Assembly: GCA_902573735.1 (NCBI GenBank)
Contig: CACGLH010000006.1
Location: forward strand, 13,282-77,281
DNA: 64,000 bases
DNA from: an uncultured Alphaproteobacteria bacterium
Lineage (GTDB): Bacteria > Pseudomonadota > Alphaproteobacteria > Rhodobacterales > Rhodobacteraceae
Direction: 5' to 3'
Shown: positions 19,623 to 31,818 of the stretch, piece after piece
How positions within the stretch are numbered: the first letter of the stretch is position 1
Layout: each line of letters begins with the position of its first letter
Program-made: the position numbers and the translations under genes
The notes under the pieces: model-generated
The model's database searches: none
Seen by the model: only the letters and a program-made list of their open reading frames with translations
What the model was told of the DNA's origin: nothing

Positions 19623-20969
19623 ATGGTTAGGAAAATATTTGGAACTGATGGCATTAGGGGAAAAGTCAACTCTGAATTTATTAATGCAGAATTTGCTCAA
19701 AAATTAGGTATTGCTTGTGGCAAATATTTCTTATCAAAGAGTGGTAGTGAAAGATCCAATAGAGTAATTATTGGTAAAGATACTAGACGATCGGGTTACA
19801 TGTTAGAGACCGCTCTTACATCTGGTTTTACATCAATTGGTATGGATGTATTTCTTTTAGGACCTATACCTACACCTGCAGTTGGTATGTTAACAAGATC
19901 CATGAGAGCAGATCTAGGTGTAATGATATCTGCATCACATAATAATTTTGAAGATAATGGAATTAAATTTTTTGGTCCTGACGGTTTCAAATTATCTGAT
20001 CGTGTAGAGAAAGATATAGAAAGATTAATATTTGATAAAATTGATCTTGTTGGTCCTTCATTAGTTGGCCGAGTAAAAAGGATAGATGAAGTATTAGGAA
20101 GATATACTGAGGCTGTAAAAAAAAGTTTGCCAAAGAATTTGAATTTAAGAAATTTAAAAATAGTAGTTGATTGTGCCAATGGTTCTGCATACAAATGCGC
20201 TCCGCAAATTCTTTGGGAATTGGGAGCTAAAGTAATACCTCTCGGAGTAGATCCCAATGGTTTTAATATAAATTTAAATTGTGGTTCTACTAATACACTT
20301 AAGGCTGCAGAATTGGTAAGAGAGCATAATGCTGATTTAGCAATTTGCTTAGATGGAGATGCTGATAGGGTAATATTACTTGATGAAAAAGGTAAAGAAA
20401 TAGATGGTGATCAATTAATTGCGCTTATTGCAAGAAATCTGAAAATGGAAAAAACGCTACAAGGTAACTCTGTAGTTTCAACGGTAATGTCAAATTTAGG
20501 ATTACAAAAATACCTTAATAATTTAGGTTTGAATTTATTTCGCACACCGGTTGGTGATAGGTATGTTGCTGAAAAAATGAATATGAACGGATTTAATTTT
20601 GGTGGTGAGAAATCCGGTCATATCATAATGACAGATTATTCATCTACTGGAGATGGATTATTAGCTGCACTTCATTTTTTATCAATTCTTAAAAAATCAA
20701 AAAAAACTACAAGCGAACTCTTAAATGTTTTTGATCCATTTCCACAAAAATTAGTAAATTTAACATTTGAACCTGAAAATGATCCTTTAGAAAATTTAGA
20801 ATTTAAAAAAACTATTGAAAAACTGAGTAGTAAAATTGCAAATAATGGAGAAATCTTAGTTCGAAAGTCTGGAACTGAACCCATTATTAGGATTATGATT
20901 CAACATTCTAATTCAAAAATGATTGCTCCAATTTTGAAAGAAATTGAAAATAAGATATCAAATTTATAA
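19623..20969 (+). CDS. glmM: Phosphoglucosamine mutase
   Basis: FGTDGIRG, GKDTR.SGYMLE, MISASHN phospho-Ser, DGDADR, R.SGTEP. Confidence 0.98.
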   Translation: MVRKIFGTDGIRGKVNSEFINAEFAQKLGIACGKYFLSKSGSERSNRVIIGKDTRRSGYMLETALTSGFTSIGMDVFLLGPIPTPAVGMLTRSMRADLGVMISASHNNFEDNGIKFFGPDGFKLSDRVEKDIERLIFDKIDLVGPSLVGRVKRIDEVLGRYTEAVKKSLPKNLNLRNLKIVVDCANGSAYKCAPQILWELGAKVIPLGVDPNGFNINLNCGSTNTLKAAELVREHNADLAICLDGDADRVILLDEKGKEIDGDQLIALIARNLKMEKTLQGNSVVSTVMSNLGLQKYLNNLGLNLFRTPVGDRYVAEKMNMNGFNFGGEKSGHIIMTDYSSTGDGLLAALHFLSILKKSKKTTSELLNVFDPFPQKLVNLTFEPENDPLENLEFKKTIEKLSSKIANNGEILVRKSGTEPIIRIMIQHSNSKMIAPILKEIENKISNL

Positions 20970-20974
20970 TTTTA

Positions 20975-21883
20975 CTATACTTTTTTTGACTGACAAATAA
21001 TAATGCCAATCAATATTAAAAATGATGAAAGAAAAAAATTATTTGGTAACATTTCTTTGAGTAATAGAAAACCAAAAATCGTTGACCAAAGTGGAACCTT
21101 GTAATTCACTAAGCTCAAAAATATTGGACCTTCTTTTTTGATTAAATAGACTAAAATTATTGTCGCCACACCTGTTGGTATTATTCCAAGATATAAAATT
21201 GCAAAAATAGATTGCAAATCAATTTTATTTGGAAATAAACCTTGTTTAACTAAAAAAGGTGAGCTTAAGACAGAAGCTATAAATAGGGCATGTGTTGTAA
21301 AAGATAGCAAGTTTTCAATTTCAGCTTTATTTATAATTATAGCTCCAAATGAGTAAGAGATTGGGGCAAGTATGCATAAAAATATAAATATAAAATGTAT
21401 TTCTTGGTTATTATCTAAATCTTCGGATGCTTTGGAGATAACTAAAAGAGCTGAGCCACTCAACCCAATTATGATACCAAATAATTTTTTGGATGAAATC
21501 GGTTCATATTTAAATAGAAAAAGTGAAAAAATAGTTATTAATAAAGGTATAATGGCCATACAAAGACCAACAAATATTGTAGAAAAGTTTACTTGTGCTA
21601 TTGCCAAAATAGTAAATGGTAATAAATTCGATAAAACAGCAACTCCAATGCAAAATAACCAATATCTTTTTGGTTTATAAATATTAAATATTTCTATTTT
21701 GAAAATTAAAGAAAATAAAAAAACTATAAAAAAACCTATTATTATCCTTAGAGATGAGATTTGAATTGGTTCGAATGCAATAATTGCATATTTTATTGAT
21801 AAAAATGAACTTCCCCAAATTACCCCAAGAATAGAAATTAAAATCCAGGATATTGGGTTTTGATTTATTGTTTTAAAAAACAT
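20975..21883 (-). CDS. DMT/EamA family transporter
   Basis: IWGSSF, ~10 hydrophobic segments, two EamA-like halves. Confidence 0.9.
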   Translation of the reverse strand: MFFKTINQNPISWILISILGVIWGSSFLSIKYAIIAFEPIQISSLRIIIGFFIVFLFSLIFKIEIFNIYKPKRYWLFCIGVAVLSNLLPFTILAIAQVNFSTIFVGLCMAIIPLLITIFSLFLFKYEPISSKKLFGIIIGLSGSALLVISKASEDLDNNQEIHFIFIFLCILAPISYSFGAIIINKAEIENLLSFTTHALFIASVLSSPFLVKQGLFPNKIDLQSIFAILYLGIIPTGVATIILVYLIKKEGPIFLSLVNYKVPLWSTIFGFLLLKEMLPNNFFLSSFLILIGIIICQSKKV

Positions 21884-21974
21884 CTTTAGAATTTTTAAAT
21901 TAATTTAAAGTAATACTTGAAGTTAATCCAATTAAATATTATCGGATAAATATGATCACTTACATTTTTTTGTC

Positions 21975-23141
21975 ATGTTAGAAAAGCCAAATAAAACACC
22001 AAAACGTCCAAACTTTTCGTGTGGTCCTTGTGTCAAGAGACCTGGGTGGACAATCAAAAATCTAAACACTTTGGATTTACTTGGGAGGTCTCATCGATCT
22101 GACATTTGTTTAAAAAATTTAAATGAGGTTATAAAATTAACAAAAGAAACTTTGGATATTCCTATTGATTATAAAGTTGCAATTGTCCCAGGTTCTAATA
22201 CTGGAGCTTTTGAGATGGCTTTATGGTCAATGATAGGCCCTTTACCGGTTGATGCTTTGGCTTGGGAAACTTTTGGAAGTGGATGGATATATGATCTAAA
22301 AGACCAACTAAAAATAAAAGATCTGAGAATACATAAAGCTGATTATTCAAGTATTCCTAATTTATCTTTGGTTAGTGATGAATCGGATATTTGCTTTACA
22401 TGGAATGGAACAACTTCAGGAGTAAAAGTTCCTAATGCTGATTGGATAAGTGAAAACAGAAAAGGAATTACTTTTTGTGATGCAACATCTGCAATCTATT
22501 CTCAAGAATTAGACTGGAATAAAATTGATGTAGCAACATTTTCATGGCAAAAGTCAATGGGTGGTGAAGGGGGTCATGGTATTTTAATTATAAGTCCTAA
22601 AGCAATTGAAAGATTAAAAAATTTTAAGCCTGATAGACCATTACCCAAACTATTTAGGCTTATGAAAGATAACGAAATTTTAGATGGGATATATGAAGGA
22701 AAAACAATTAATACCCCTTCAATGCTTTGTGTTGCAGATGCTTTAGATTCTTTATTATGGATAAAAAAATTAGGAGGATGGAAACAAACTTATAAAAAAT
22801 CTATGGAAAACTTCAAAGTTTTATCTGATTGGTATGAGAACAGAGAATGGGTGTCAAACAGTGTTAAAGATAAAACAATACAATCAAATTCTTCTATATG
22901 TCTAGATATTAATGATAAAAGATTTTTGAAATTAGATATTCAAAATAAATGGATTTTTATTCAAGAGATGTGTTCTATACTTGAACAAAACAATGCAGCA
23001 TTTGATATAAAAGGCCATCGAGATGCTCCACCAGGTTTAAGGATTTGGTGTGGTCCAACGGTTGAAGAAGACGATTTGAGAGCGTTATTACCATGGTTAG
23101 ACTGGTCATTTGAAATTGTGAAAAATGACTTTTTTAACTAA
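21975..23141 (+). CDS. serC: Phosphoserine aminotransferase (Methanosarcina/alphaproteobacterial type)
   Basis: FSCGPC.KRPGW, GRSHR, WNGTTSGV, DATS, FSWQK..GGEG.HG, TINTPS, RDAPPGLRIWCG. Confidence 0.96.
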   Translation: MLEKPNKTPKRPNFSCGPCVKRPGWTIKNLNTLDLLGRSHRSDICLKNLNEVIKLTKETLDIPIDYKVAIVPGSNTGAFEMALWSMIGPLPVDALAWETFGSGWIYDLKDQLKIKDLRIHKADYSSIPNLSLVSDESDICFTWNGTTSGVKVPNADWISENRKGITFCDATSAIYSQELDWNKIDVATFSWQKSMGGEGGHGILIISPKAIERLKNFKPDRPLPKLFRLMKDNEILDGIYEGKTINTPSMLCVADALDSLLWIKKLGGWKQTYKKSMENFKVLSDWYENREWVSNSVKDKTIQSNSSICLDINDKRFLKLDIQNKWIFIQEMCSILEQNNAAFDIKGHRDAPPGLRIWCGPTVEEDDLRALLPWLDWSFEIVKNDFFN

Positions 23142-23149
23142 ATTAGGAA

Positions 23150-24757
23150 TTGATCAAATTGACCTATAAAGTTCTAATCTCAGATAATTTATCAAAAGAT
23201 ATAATTTATAAATTTAATGAAGCTGATATAGATGTAGTTTACAGTCCTGAAATGGGAAAGAATAGTTCATTGATTTTAAATGAGATTCATAATTTTGATG
23301 CTATAGCTATAAGATCTGATACTAAAATAAATTCTGCACTATTAAATAAAGCAACCAAATTAAAAGTTATAGGAAGAGCTGGTATAGGTATTGATAATAT
23401 AGATCTAAAATTAGCATCTAATAAAGGTATTGTAGTAATGAATACACCTTTTGGAAATGCAACTACCACCGCAGAACATACTATGGCTATGATTTTTTCA
23501 TCAGCAAGGAAGATACCTGCTGCAAATGAATCAACACATAGTGGAAAGTGGGAAAAAAATAATTTTATAGGTACTGAATTATCAGGTAAAAAATTAGGTG
23601 TTGTTGGTGTTGGAAATATTGGATCAATAGTGGTATCATTGGCACAATCTATAGGTATGGAAATTATTGCTTATGATCCTTTTTTATCCAATGAAAGAGC
23701 AAAAAACCTTAAGGTTTCAAAAACTACTTGTCTTTCTGAATTATTATCTCAGTCTGATATTGTAACCCTTCATTTACCAATAAATGAAAACACAAATAAT
23801 ATTATTTCTAACGAAAATATTTTTAAAATGAAAAAAGGATCAATATTAATTAATTGTGCCAGAGGTGGATTGGTAGACGAGAATGCAGTTGTCGATGCTA
23901 TCCAAAAAAACCACTTATCAGCTGCCGCATTTGATGTGTATCTTGAAGAACCTGCCTTATCAAATCCCTTGTTTGGTTTAAAAAATGTAATTTGTACTCC
24001 ACATCTTGGTGCTTCAACTACTGAAGCGCAAGAAAAGGTTTCATTTCAAATCGCTGAACAGATAATAGATTATCTAAATAATGGAGCTATTACTAATGCA
24101 TTAAATGCTCCCCCTATTGATTCTAAAGAGGCTCCCTTGCTAAACCCTTGGATTAAATTAGCTAAAAATTTAGGATCTTTTGTTGGACAAATTACTGACG
24201 CACCTATTTTATATATCGAGATCGAATATGTAGGGAAGGTTGGGGAATTAAATTTCAAACCTATTTCTTCGGTTCTAATAGCTGAAATTTTGAAACCACT
24301 AGTTGGAGGTGGATTGGTTAATATGGTATCTGCTCCTCTAATTGCGAGAAATAAGGGAATTAAAATTTCAGAAATTCGAAGAGACACTCAAGGAGCCTTT
24401 GATTCTTACATAAGAGTTGTTTTAAATCATGAGAATATTTTATTCTCAATTGCGGGGACAATATATTCAGATGGCAAACCTAGATTTATTCAAATAAACA
24501 GTATCAATTTAGAAGCAGAACCAGTTAATCATATGCTATACACAACTAATATTGATAAACCAGGTTACATTGGAGCACTTGGAATGGTATTAGGTGATGC
24601 AAATGTAAATATAGCCACTTTTTCTTTGGGGAGAGACAAAAAAAATGGTAAAGCCTTGGCCTTATTAGGTGTAGATGAAGCTATATCTGATAATGTTATT
24701 GAAAAAATAAAAAAACTCCCTCAAGTGGAAAAAGCTAAATCTTTAAATTTTTTTTAA
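23150..24757 (+). CDS. serA: D-3-phosphoglycerate dehydrogenase
   Basis: GRAGIGIDN, NTPFGN..TTAEH, GxGxxG, NCARGG, PHLGASTTEAQ, C-terminal ACT domain. Confidence 0.97.
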   Translation: MIKLTYKVLISDNLSKDIIYKFNEADIDVVYSPEMGKNSSLILNEIHNFDAIAIRSDTKINSALLNKATKLKVIGRAGIGIDNIDLKLASNKGIVVMNTPFGNATTTAEHTMAMIFSSARKIPAANESTHSGKWEKNNFIGTELSGKKLGVVGVGNIGSIVVSLAQSIGMEIIAYDPFLSNERAKNLKVSKTTCLSELLSQSDIVTLHLPINENTNNIISNENIFKMKKGSILINCARGGLVDENAVVDAIQKNHLSAAAFDVYLEEPALSNPLFGLKNVICTPHLGASTTEAQEKVSFQIAEQIIDYLNNGAITNALNAPPIDSKEAPLLNPWIKLAKNLGSFVGQITDAPILYIEIEYVGKVGELNFKPISSVLIAEILKPLVGGGLVNMVSAPLIARNKGIKISEIRRDTQGAFDSYIRVVLNHENILFSIAGTIYSDGKPRFIQINSINLEAEPVNHMLYTTNIDKPGYIGALGMVLGDANVNIATFSLGRDKKNGKALALLGVDEAISDNVIEKIKKLPQVEKAKSLNFF

Positions 24758-24789
24758 AATATAATGAAAATTTTTATTAAAAATATTAA

Positions 24790-26109
<1,320 letters not shown>

Positions 26110-26112
26110 TTT

Positions 26113-26325
26113 ATGTTAAAAATTAAGCAAAGAAAAAAAATAGCATACTTTGTATTATTTATTTTTTTACCATTATACATTATTTTTGTAGTCTCAATTC
26201 TCAATTATGTTGGGCGATTAAATATTTGGTTAGAATTTTTGACTTATATATTACTAGGCATAATATGGGTTTTTCCTTTTAAGTTTGTATTTAAAGGGTT
26301 AGCTTCCAAAAATATAAGTAAATAA
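26113..26325 (+). CDS. DUF2842-like small membrane protein
   Basis: Two TM helices, LP.YI, Y..LG..W..P; purA neighbour in Rhodobacterales. Confidence 0.7.
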   Translation: MLKIKQRKKIAYFVLFIFLPLYIIFVVSILNYVGRLNIWLEFLTYILLGIIWVFPFKFVFKGLASKNISK

Positions 26326-26357
26326 TTCTTGATAATTAATTTAATAGGTCTTTTATT

Positions 26358-27014
26358 ATGGTTCTTAAAAACTATGATACACCCTTAACAATTGTTGGTG
26401 GAGGAGAATTTTCTAGCACAAATTTTCACAAATGCCTTAAAATAGCTCCCAAAATAATAGCTGTGGACTCAGGATTAAATTTCTTAGATATAAACAAAAA
26501 TGTTCCAGATTGGATTATAGGAGATCTTGATTCTGTAAAAAACTTAAAAGTTTGGAAGCTAAAGGGATCTAATATAAAAAAAATACAAGAACAAGAAACT
26601 ACAGATTTTGAAAAATGTCTATATTCATTCAACGCTCCATTTTTCTTAGGTAACGCTTTTTTGGGTGAAAGAATAGACCATTCAATGGCAGCTATCTCTA
26701 CTTTAGTTAAAATGAAAGATAAGAAAGTTTTTCTTTTGGGTAAAAGAGATTTCCTTTTTCATATAAATAAAAAAATTCAACTTAATTTAGAAATTGGTAC
26801 AAGAATTTCCTTGTTTCCACTTAAAGATGTTGTAGGGATATCAAGTGAAGGTCTTAAATATGGAATTAAAGGGGTTTGTTTTTCTCCAGGCTTTAAAATT
26901 GGTACATCTAACGAAGTTTTAAATTCTAAAGTGAAAATTGAATTAAGTGGTACAGGAATGATAATTATTTTACCAATAAAATCTTTTGATAAAATTGTGA
27001 ATTTTATGAACTGA
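26358..27014 (+). CDS. thiN: Thiamine diphosphokinase
   Basis: AVDSG, IGDLDS, QETTDFEK, G.RIDH, GLKY, GTSN. Confidence 0.92.
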   Translation: MVLKNYDTPLTIVGGGEFSSTNFHKCLKIAPKIIAVDSGLNFLDINKNVPDWIIGDLDSVKNLKVWKLKGSNIKKIQEQETTDFEKCLYSFNAPFFLGNAFLGERIDHSMAAISTLVKMKDKKVFLLGKRDFLFHINKKIQLNLEIGTRISLFPLKDVVGISSEGLKYGIKGVCFSPGFKIGTSNEVLNSKVKIELSGTGMIIILPIKSFDKIVNFMN

Positions 27015-27019
27015 AATTA

Positions 27020-28423
27020 TCAACATTCTATAACATTTACAGCCAATCCTCCCTTTGATGTTTCTTTGTATTTTTCCATCATATCTTTTCCTGTTTCAAA
27101 CATTGTTTTAATACAAGCATCTAAACTTACAAGATGAATTCCGTCTCCTCTTAAAGATAATGAAGCAGCTGAAACTGCTTTAATTGCACCTAACCCATTT
27201 CTTTCTATGCATGGAGCCTGTACCAACCCCTTTATTGGATCACAGGTCATTCCAAGGTGATGCTCTAAAGCAATTTCCGCTGCATTCTCTATTTGTAAAC
27301 TATTTCCTCCTAAAATTGCACATAAAGCACCAGCTGCCATTGCAGAAGCAGAACCTACTTCCCCTTGACACCCAACTTCCGCTCCTGAAATAGATGCATT
27401 TGACTTCAAAATCCCCCCTATAGCAGCTGCAGTTAGAAGATAATCTTCAATTTTTTTTTGATCAGCATTGGGTACATGATTTAAATAATACATAAAAGTA
27501 GCAGGTATTACACCTGCAGCTCCATTAGTAGGTGCAGTAACAATTTTACCACCTGCTGCATTTTCTTCATTTACTGCCATAGCATATAAAGAAATCCAAT
27601 CATTTATTATATGGGGTGCAATAGTATTTGATCCAATTTCTGAATTAAGAGAATCGAATATTGACTTAGCTCTTCTTCTTACGTTTAATCCACCTGGGAG
27701 TATTCCATCTCTTTTTAATCCGTAGTTAATACTATTAGACATTGTATTCCATAACTCAGAAATACCCTTTTTAAGTTTTTCTTCAGAAATAAAAACTAAT
27801 TCATTTTGTCTTTTCATTTCAGATATTGAAATTTTATGTTTTTTAGAAAGATCAAGCATTTCTTCTGCCGTTGAAAAAGGGTATGGAACTTCTTCATCAA
27901 TTTCTACCTCGCTCGGATTTTCAAGTTCTTTGATAGTTTTTATAAACCCCCCGCCAACTGAAAAATACGTTTGTGTAGCGCACAAGTTTTCATCCCTATC
28001 ATATACAGAAAAAATCATACCATTTGCGTGTTGTTTTAGTGCTGGACCATAATTAAAGATAATATCTCTAGTAGGGTAAAATTTTATTTCTGGAAAACCT
28101 TTTACAGTGATATGGTCATATTTAGATATTTCTTTTTCAATTTCTATACCTATTTTCTCATTATATGAAGAAGGAATAATCCCAGCCATACCATGTAATA
28201 TAGCCTTGTCTGTATAATGTCCTTTTCCTGTAAATGATAGTGAACCATAAAGAGTACACGTTATTCTGAAAAATGATTTTGATCCAGGTATAATATTTGA
28301 TCTATTATTTATAAAATTTAAAAATAAAGAAGTTGCTACCATTGGTCCATTTGTATGAGAGCTAGAAGGTCCAACTCCCACCTTAAATATATCAAAAACG
28401 CTTAAAAACAAAAATATCACCAA
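27020..28423 (-). CDS. sdaA: L-serine ammonia-lyase (Fe-S dependent, single chain)
   Basis: GVGPSSSHT.GPM, TGKGH.TD, TAPTNGAAG, GCQGEVG, CDP..GLVQ.PCIERN, KETSKGGLA; start may be a few codons in (LFLSVFD). Confidence 0.96.
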   Translation of the reverse strand: MVIFLFLSVFDIFKVGVGPSSSHTNGPMVATSLFLNFINNRSNIIPGSKSFFRITCTLYGSLSFTGKGHYTDKAILHGMAGIIPSSYNEKIGIEIEKEISKYDHITVKGFPEIKFYPTRDIIFNYGPALKQHANGMIFSVYDRDENLCATQTYFSVGGGFIKTIKELENPSEVEIDEEVPYPFSTAEEMLDLSKKHKISISEMKRQNELVFISEEKLKKGISELWNTMSNSINYGLKRDGILPGGLNVRRRAKSIFDSLNSEIGSNTIAPHIINDWISLYAMAVNEENAAGGKIVTAPTNGAAGVIPATFMYYLNHVPNADQKKIEDYLLTAAAIGGILKSNASISGAEVGCQGEVGSASAMAAGALCAILGGNSLQIENAAEIALEHHLGMTCDPIKGLVQAPCIERNGLGAIKAVSAASLSLRGDGIHLVSLDACIKTMFETGKDMMEKYKETSKGGLAVNVIEC

Positions 28424-28527
28424 TTAATTATTTTTAATTTTATGTTTACTAAATTATTTTTTCTTATTTGACTACAGTAAGTATAAAATTTTAAATAATA
28501 AATCAAAGTTTTTTGGAGGAGAATTAA

Positions 28528-29250
28528 TTGCCTGAGAATAATTCAAATAAAGATATTGGAAAAAAAATTGCTGCAGAAGAAGCGCTAAATTTTGTTCATT
28601 CTGAAATGGTTATTGGTTTAGGAACAGGTTCAACAGCAAAGATTTTCGTAGATTTATTATCCCAAAAATATTTCAAAGAAAATCTAAATATTAAGGTTCT
28701 AGCAACATCATCCTCTACTGAATTTCAATCTAAAAGTTTAGGTTTACCAATTACTTCAATAGATACTGTAAATTACGTCGATCTTACTATAGATGGTGCT
28801 GATGAAGTGGATTCAGATCTTAATCTTTTAAAAGGTGGTGGTGGAGCGTTACTTCAAGAAAAAATAATGGCCTCTTACAGTAAAAAAATGATTGTAATTG
28901 TTGATAATAGTAAAGTTGTTACCAATTTAGGAAAGTTTCCACTTCCAATAGAAATAGTTAAATTTGGTAGTAAATGTACTCAAAAACAAATAGAAAACAC
29001 ACTTTTAGAGTTAGGATATTCAGATTTTTCAATTAACTTTAGAAAAGAAAATGGTGATTACTTTGTTACTGATGAAAAGCATTTTATTCTTGATTTAAGT
29101 CTTAAAAAAATCACTGATCCATATATTTTGGATAAGAAAATAAAAAAGGTTGTTGGTGTAGTGGAAACAGGATTATTCATTAATATGGCAAGTTCAGTGA
29201 TCATTGGAAACAATGATGGAAGTTTCAAGTTAATCGAACATAAAGGATAA
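28528..29250 (+). CDS. rpiA: Ribose-5-phosphate isomerase A
   Basis: GLGTGST, DGADE, KGGGGALLQEK, GVVETGLF. Confidence 0.97.
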   Translation: MPENNSNKDIGKKIAAEEALNFVHSEMVIGLGTGSTAKIFVDLLSQKYFKENLNIKVLATSSSTEFQSKSLGLPITSIDTVNYVDLTIDGADEVDSDLNLLKGGGGALLQEKIMASYSKKMIVIVDNSKVVTNLGKFPLPIEIVKFGSKCTQKQIENTLLELGYSDFSINFRKENGDYFVTDEKHFILDLSLKKITDPYILDKKIKKVVGVVETGLFINMASSVIIGNNDGSFKLIEHKG

Positions 29251-29253
29251 ATT

Positions 29254-30594
29254 TTGGAAAAATATGATTTTGATCTCTTTATAATAGGCGCTGGGTCAGG
29301 TGGAGTTAGAGCTGCAAGACTTGCTTCAAAATTAGGTAAACGAGTTGGAATTGCCGAGGAATATAGGTTTGGAGGAACTTGTGTAATTCGAGGATGTGTT
29401 CCAAAAAAATTAATGGTTTTTGCTAGTTCATACTCAAAAATTTTTCAAGAATCAGTTGGATTTGGGTGGGATCAAAAAGAGCTTTTATTTTCGTGGGATA
29501 AATTTTCCAAAAGTATGAACTCTGAAATTGACCGTTTAGAACAAATTTACAATGAATTGCTTTCATCATCCAAAGTAAAAATTTTTCAACAAAAAGCAAA
29601 GTTGACTAGTTCAAACTCTATAATTTTAAACGATAAAACAGAAGTTACTTCAAAATATGTTTTAATTGCAACTGGTGGGGAGCCCTTAAAGCTAGATGTT
29701 GAGGGAGGTGATTTGACAATCACTTCTAATGATATTTTTAACCTCAAGCATTTACCACAAAAGATGGTCATTATTGGTGGCGGTTACATAGCCTGTGAAT
29801 TTGCATCAATTTTCAACGGTTTTGGAACTGAGGTTTCTATAGTATACCGTGGTGATAGAATTTTACGTGGATTTGATAATGATATTAGAGAAAGTATTGA
29901 GAAAGCTTTTTTACAAAAAGGTATTAAAATTCTGAACAATTGCTCTCCTAAATCCATAAGATCTAAACATGATAAGTTTGAACTTCAATTGAGTAATAAA
30001 CAATTAATTAATACTGATATAGTTTTGTCAGCAATCGGCAGAAAACCAAATACTGAAAATCTTGGATTAGATATATTAAAATTGGATTTAACAAAACAAG
30101 GAGCTATTAGGGTTAATAAGTTTCAACAAACATCACAAAAATCAATATTTGCAATTGGAGATGTGACTAATAGACTGAATTTGACACCTGTTGCAATAAG
30201 AGATGCAGTGGCATTAATAAATACTATTTTTGGAGAAAAAAAACAGTCACCTGATCATAAATTGGTTCCAACAGCCGTTTTTACAAAACCAGAAGTTGGG
30301 ACGGTCGGTTTGACAGAAACAGAGGCAAGAAAAAATTTTAATGTAAAAATCTTTAAGACTTATTTTTCTAGTTTAGGAAGTAAAATTAAAAATAATCAGG
30401 AAAAAATTATGATGAAATTGGTAGTTTGTAATAGAACTGATAAAATTCTGGGGTGTCATATTGTTGGGGATGGTGCAAGTGAAATGATTCAAATGTTTGG
30501 TATATCAATGAAAATGGGAGTTAAGAAAAAAGATCTTGATTCTACATGTGCCGTACATCCCACAATTGCAGAGGAGATTGTTACTTTAAGTTAA
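29254..30594 (+). CDS. gor: Glutathione-disulfide reductase
   Basis: GAGSGG, GGTCVIRGCVPKK, GGGYIA.E, YRG..LRGFD, LTPVAI, HPT.AEE. Confidence 0.95.
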   Translation: MEKYDFDLFIIGAGSGGVRAARLASKLGKRVGIAEEYRFGGTCVIRGCVPKKLMVFASSYSKIFQESVGFGWDQKELLFSWDKFSKSMNSEIDRLEQIYNELLSSSKVKIFQQKAKLTSSNSIILNDKTEVTSKYVLIATGGEPLKLDVEGGDLTITSNDIFNLKHLPQKMVIIGGGYIACEFASIFNGFGTEVSIVYRGDRILRGFDNDIRESIEKAFLQKGIKILNNCSPKSIRSKHDKFELQLSNKQLINTDIVLSAIGRKPNTENLGLDILKLDLTKQGAIRVNKFQQTSQKSIFAIGDVTNRLNLTPVAIRDAVALINTIFGEKKQSPDHKLVPTAVFTKPEVGTVGLTETEARKNFNVKIFKTYFSSLGSKIKNNQEKIMMKLVVCNRTDKILGCHIVGDGASEMIQMFGISMKMGVKKKDLDSTCAVHPTIAEEIVTLS

Positions 30595-30602
30595 AATGTT
30601 CT

Positions 30603-30630
30603 CTTGAAATTTTGTTAATAAGCCACAATT
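30603..30630 (+). promoter_or_regulatory. Possible sigma32 (RpoH)-type promoter for hflKC-degP
   Basis: CTTGAA -35 followed after ~14 nt by CCACAATT, just upstream of protein quality-control genes; weak match in AT-rich DNA. Confidence 0.3.
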
Positions 30631-30651
30631 AAATAGAAACAAATTAAGGAT

Positions 30652-31818
30652 ATGAATATGCCCTACAAAGATGACTCTGATGGCCCTTGGGGATCTGGAA
30701 AAAAGAAGGATAAAAATAGTAATGGAAATAAAAGCCCTTGGGGTGGAAATTCTGGAAATAATGGAAGTGGGCCTGGCCAAGGTGATATTGGAATACCTGA
30801 AATTGATCAAATCGTAAAAAAAGGTCAGGAAAGACTTAAAGTTCTTATGGGTGGTAGAGGTGGATCTTCAGGTGGTAGTGGACCTGGCAGAGGAGGTGCG
30901 CCTAATTTCGGTAAAAGTACTCTATCACTTATACTAGTAGGTATTTTAGTAATTTGGGCATTTTTATCTTTTTACACTGTTAAACCTGAAGAAAAGTCAA
31001 TCGAACTATTCTTTGGAGAATATTACGATACTGGTGAATCAGGCCTTAATTTTGCACCATGGCCTCTCATTACGCACGAAGTTCTTACAGTTACTAGAGA
31101 AAATACCGAAGATATTGGTGTTGGTGGTAGAGGAGGAAGACAAGATGAAGGTTTGATGCTTACAGGTGACGAAAATATAGTTGATATTGACTTTCAAGTT
31201 GTTTGGAATATTTCTGATCCTGCAAAATTTTTATTTAACTTAGCTGACCCTACAGAGACAATCAGAGCTGTATCAGAATCCGCAATGAGAGAGGTTATTG
31301 GTAGATCTGAACTGAGTCCTATTCTTAACAGGGATAGAGCTTTGGTAAGTGCCGATGTTAGAGAATTGATTCAAAATATTTTAGATACATATAGTAGTGG
31401 TGTAAATATAGTTCGTTTAAATTTTGACAAAGCTGATCCACCTGGAGAAGTTATTGATGCCTTTAGAGATGTACAAGCCGCTGAACAAGAAAGAGATACT
31501 TTAGAGAAAAAAGCGGATGCTTATGAATATCAAGCACTTGCTCAGGCGCGAGGAGAAGCAGAACAATTAAAACAAGAAGCTGAAGGTTATAAAGCTAGGG
31601 TAATAAACGAAGCTACAGGTGAGGCAAGCAGATTCATAGCCATTTATAACGAATATGTAAGTGCTAAAGATGTTACTAGAAAAAGATTATATATAGATTC
31701 TATGGAAAAGGTTTTGGGAGATGTAGATAAAGTAATCCTAGACCAAAACTCAGATGCAGGACAAGGAGTTGTTCCATATCTTCCTTTGAATCAGTTAAGA
31801 ACAGGGAGTAATAACTAA
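30652..31818 (+). CDS. hflK: FtsH protease modulator HflK
   Basis: Gly-rich N-terminus with PWG, TM helix, SPFH domain MLTGDENIVD, V.DAF.DV..A.Q, VVPYLPL. Confidence 0.97.
   Translation: MNMPYKDDSDGPWGSGKKKDKNSNGNKSPWGGNSGNNGSGPGQGDIGIPEIDQIVKKGQERLKVLMGGRGGSSGGSGPGRGGAPNFGKSTLSLILVGILVIWAFLSFYTVKPEEKSIELFFGEYYDTGESGLNFAPWPLITHEVLTVTRENTEDIGVGGRGGRQDEGLMLTGDENIVDIDFQVVWNISDPAKFLFNLADPTETIRAVSESAMREVIGRSELSPILNRDRALVSADVRELIQNILDTYSSGVNIVRLNFDKADPPGEVIDAFRDVQAAEQERDTLEKKADAYEYQALAQARGEAEQLKQEAEGYKARVINEATGEASRFIAIYNEYVSAKDVTRKRLYIDSMEKVLGDVDKVILDQNSDAGQGVVPYLPLNQLRTGSNN

Noticed and set aside
30652..30910. Gly-rich low-complexity, higher-GC segment
   Set aside because: Normal HflK N-terminus
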